From positions 96,001-160,000 of the forward strand of contig CAVZRV010000035.1 in NCBI GenBank assembly GCA_963777605.1: 64,000 nucleotides of DNA. The letters run 5' to 3'. Below are positions 62,156 to 64,000 of this stretch, one piece after another. The notes beneath the pieces were generated by a model, which was given only the letters and a program-made list of their open reading frames with translations, did not search any database and had not been told where the DNA came from. This DNA is from an uncultured Acidobacteriota bacterium (GTDB lineage Bacteria > Acidobacteriota > UBA6911 > RPQK01 > JAPXNP01). Within the stretch, counting starts at the first letter, position 1; each line of letters starts with the position of its first letter. A program made the translations under genes and the position numbers.

Positions 62156-63112
62156 ATGCAGGAAGAGACCTTCGAGGAAAGCTTTGAGGAATTCAAGGAC
62201 TCATTCTCTTACGGTTCCCGGACTAATTTGAACTTCAAGTTCCTCAAACATCTCAATCCTCAGGCAGCGGCCGGATTCTTTCAGGAACTCCTGGAGAAAC
62301 TGGGAACGTCAATGGACGACGGCCGTTTGGATCGCCTGGTCGATCACGTGACCGAATGGCAGGCTCGAGCCTATTCCGACGACCTCAAGTTTGATTACCC
62401 CGACGGCCCGTTTACGCGCCCGCGAAAGCCCGTGGCCCAGTCGCGGCTGGCGCTTTTGACTTCGAGCGGCCACTTTGTCGAAGGTGAGGATCCCGAGCCG
62501 TTCGGAGTCAAGGGAATGACGCAGGAGGAGGCAATCTCCCGGATCCGAGATTTCTTCAAGGTGGAGCCGGGGCTGTCCCGCATCCCGGCAGAGACCTCTC
62601 CAGGGAAGCTGAGAGTACGCCACGGCGGATACGACATCAGCGGGGCAACGGCCGACCCGAACGTGGTCTTCCCCCTGGAACGCCTGGTCGAGTTGCAGCG
62701 GGACGCAGTCATCGGAGAATTGGCTCGTCACGCCTATTCCTTCGTCGGAGCCGCCGCGCAGACCAGAATCCTCAAGGAAGCCGGACCCAAATGGGTCGTT
62801 CAACTCAAAAAGGAAAGCGTCGATTATGCGTTGCTCGTACCCGCCTGACCAGTCTGTCACGTGTCGGTCGGACACATTGCAAGGCTTCTTGAGGAGAGTG
62901 GGATCGCCACGGTGATCATCGCAGTCAAGGCATTCCGGCGCGTGCTCGACTCGATGGTCGTCCCCCGCGCCGTGTTAACGCCCTATCCGTTGGGGCGTCC
63001 GCTGGGCGCCCCGGGCGAAGTCGGCAGGCAACGTGCCGCAATCCTGGCCGCACTCGAACAGTTGGAGCGGGCGGAGCATCCCGGCACGATCGTTGACCTC
63101 CCCACGCACTGA
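62156..63112 (+). CDS. Selenoprotein: GrdB/PrdB-like reductase with UxxC; Sec at TGA 62846-62848
   Basis: LALLTSSG, HGGYD, DPNVVFP, LLVPA-U-PVCH, PRA..PLGRPLG; hairpin GTGTC-GGTCG-GACAC 3' of the UGA. Confidence 0.88.
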
Positions 63113-63356
63113 CCGCCGTGGAATCGAACTGAAGGAGACGTTCGGCGGGTGAGCTGAGTTCGCGTTCGCTGACCCTTCTCACTCTCTCACGGGCCATGGC
63201 CCGCTCGACCCGGCAGGACTCGTCTGACGCCCTTCCTTGAGGCCCATTTCTGGTTGGCTTTTTCCGGACCATTTGTTAGGCTGAATTTAACACTGCCTGG
63301 GTCGGGAACCTCCCGGCCGCCATCGAAATCTCCGTTAACTGCTGAGAGGAGTCGTG

Positions 63357-64000
63357 ATGAGCAAGCCTATTGCGGCGATTGCCGCCTCCACAGTTTTTGC
63401 GTGCTTCCGGTCTTGGCATTCGCCGCGGGATTCGAATCGAGCGAACCGGCAATGCGCAAACATCAGCTCAGAAGGCTGTGGAGAGCCTCCCGCTGAATGG
63501 AAGAGACCCGTTGAAGCTGGCTCTCCTGGTCCCTTCCTCGAGCGGAAACGAGCTCGTCCTGGCCGGGCCGGGTGGCGCACAGCCCAAGACCGTGATCGAA
63601 GCAGGCTCGAACTACTCCTTGGCGGGCGGATACGGAATCGGAGGAGATGTATTCCAGGTGGGATTGGTCCAAGGCACGAGTCCCGTCGTTATTGACATCA
63701 ATGCGGCTACGCAACAAGTCGAGGGCATCGTTCCCTTGACCGGGGAAACCGACTACTACAGTGTAGACCTCACGCGGGGTGCCGACGGAAACCGCTATGG
63801 GCTTGCCTACAATGCGGCATCGTTCAGTTTTGACGTCTTCGATCTCAATGGGCAGGCTCCCGAACTCGTCGAAATCGATCTGGGCGCGGTAAGCTACATC
63901 GACCCGATTTTCGGAGGATCCCGGGCCCGCCTTCTGGCCGACAGCGACCGGAACAGCCTGGGCTTCTTCGCCGAGAACAACGGAGGCCAGGTCTTTGCCC
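63357..64000 (+). CDS. Secreted hypothetical protein, 5' part frameshifted, runs off the window
   Basis: GAGAGGAG RBS; signal-like FCVLPVLAFA in a shifted frame; frame open from about 63496 to the window end. Confidence 0.45.

Overview
GC-rich bacterial window; Acidobacteriota is my inference from protein style, not proven. It has two parts. Bases 1-45.7 kb are an eroded accessory island containing four tRNA 3'-half fragments, all on the + strand (Arg at 344, Cys at 8850 and 10973, Asp at 45677). The island also holds several toxin-antitoxin modules, IS6, IS1634, IS3 and IS1380 elements or relics, a probable truncated group II intron, and an expanded family of secreted proteins. Its most interesting locus (23.2-26.7 kb) comprises a free-standing protease prodomain, a cytoplasmic Nal1-like trypsin-fold protease with an 18x Lys-Glu-X repeat tail, and a coupled pair of one degenerate and one intact ATP-grasp ligase. 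This is a candidate new graspetide-like or protein-crosslinking system. Bases 46-64 kb look like core genome: the Anbu operon, MscS, GTP-PEPCK, a KirBac channel, a sigma54 activator with its target, and a MerA-like oxidoreductase flanked by two split ORFs. Both split ORFs read through as UxxC selenoproteins with SECIS-like hairpins. Many single-base frameshifts may be long-read assembly errors.
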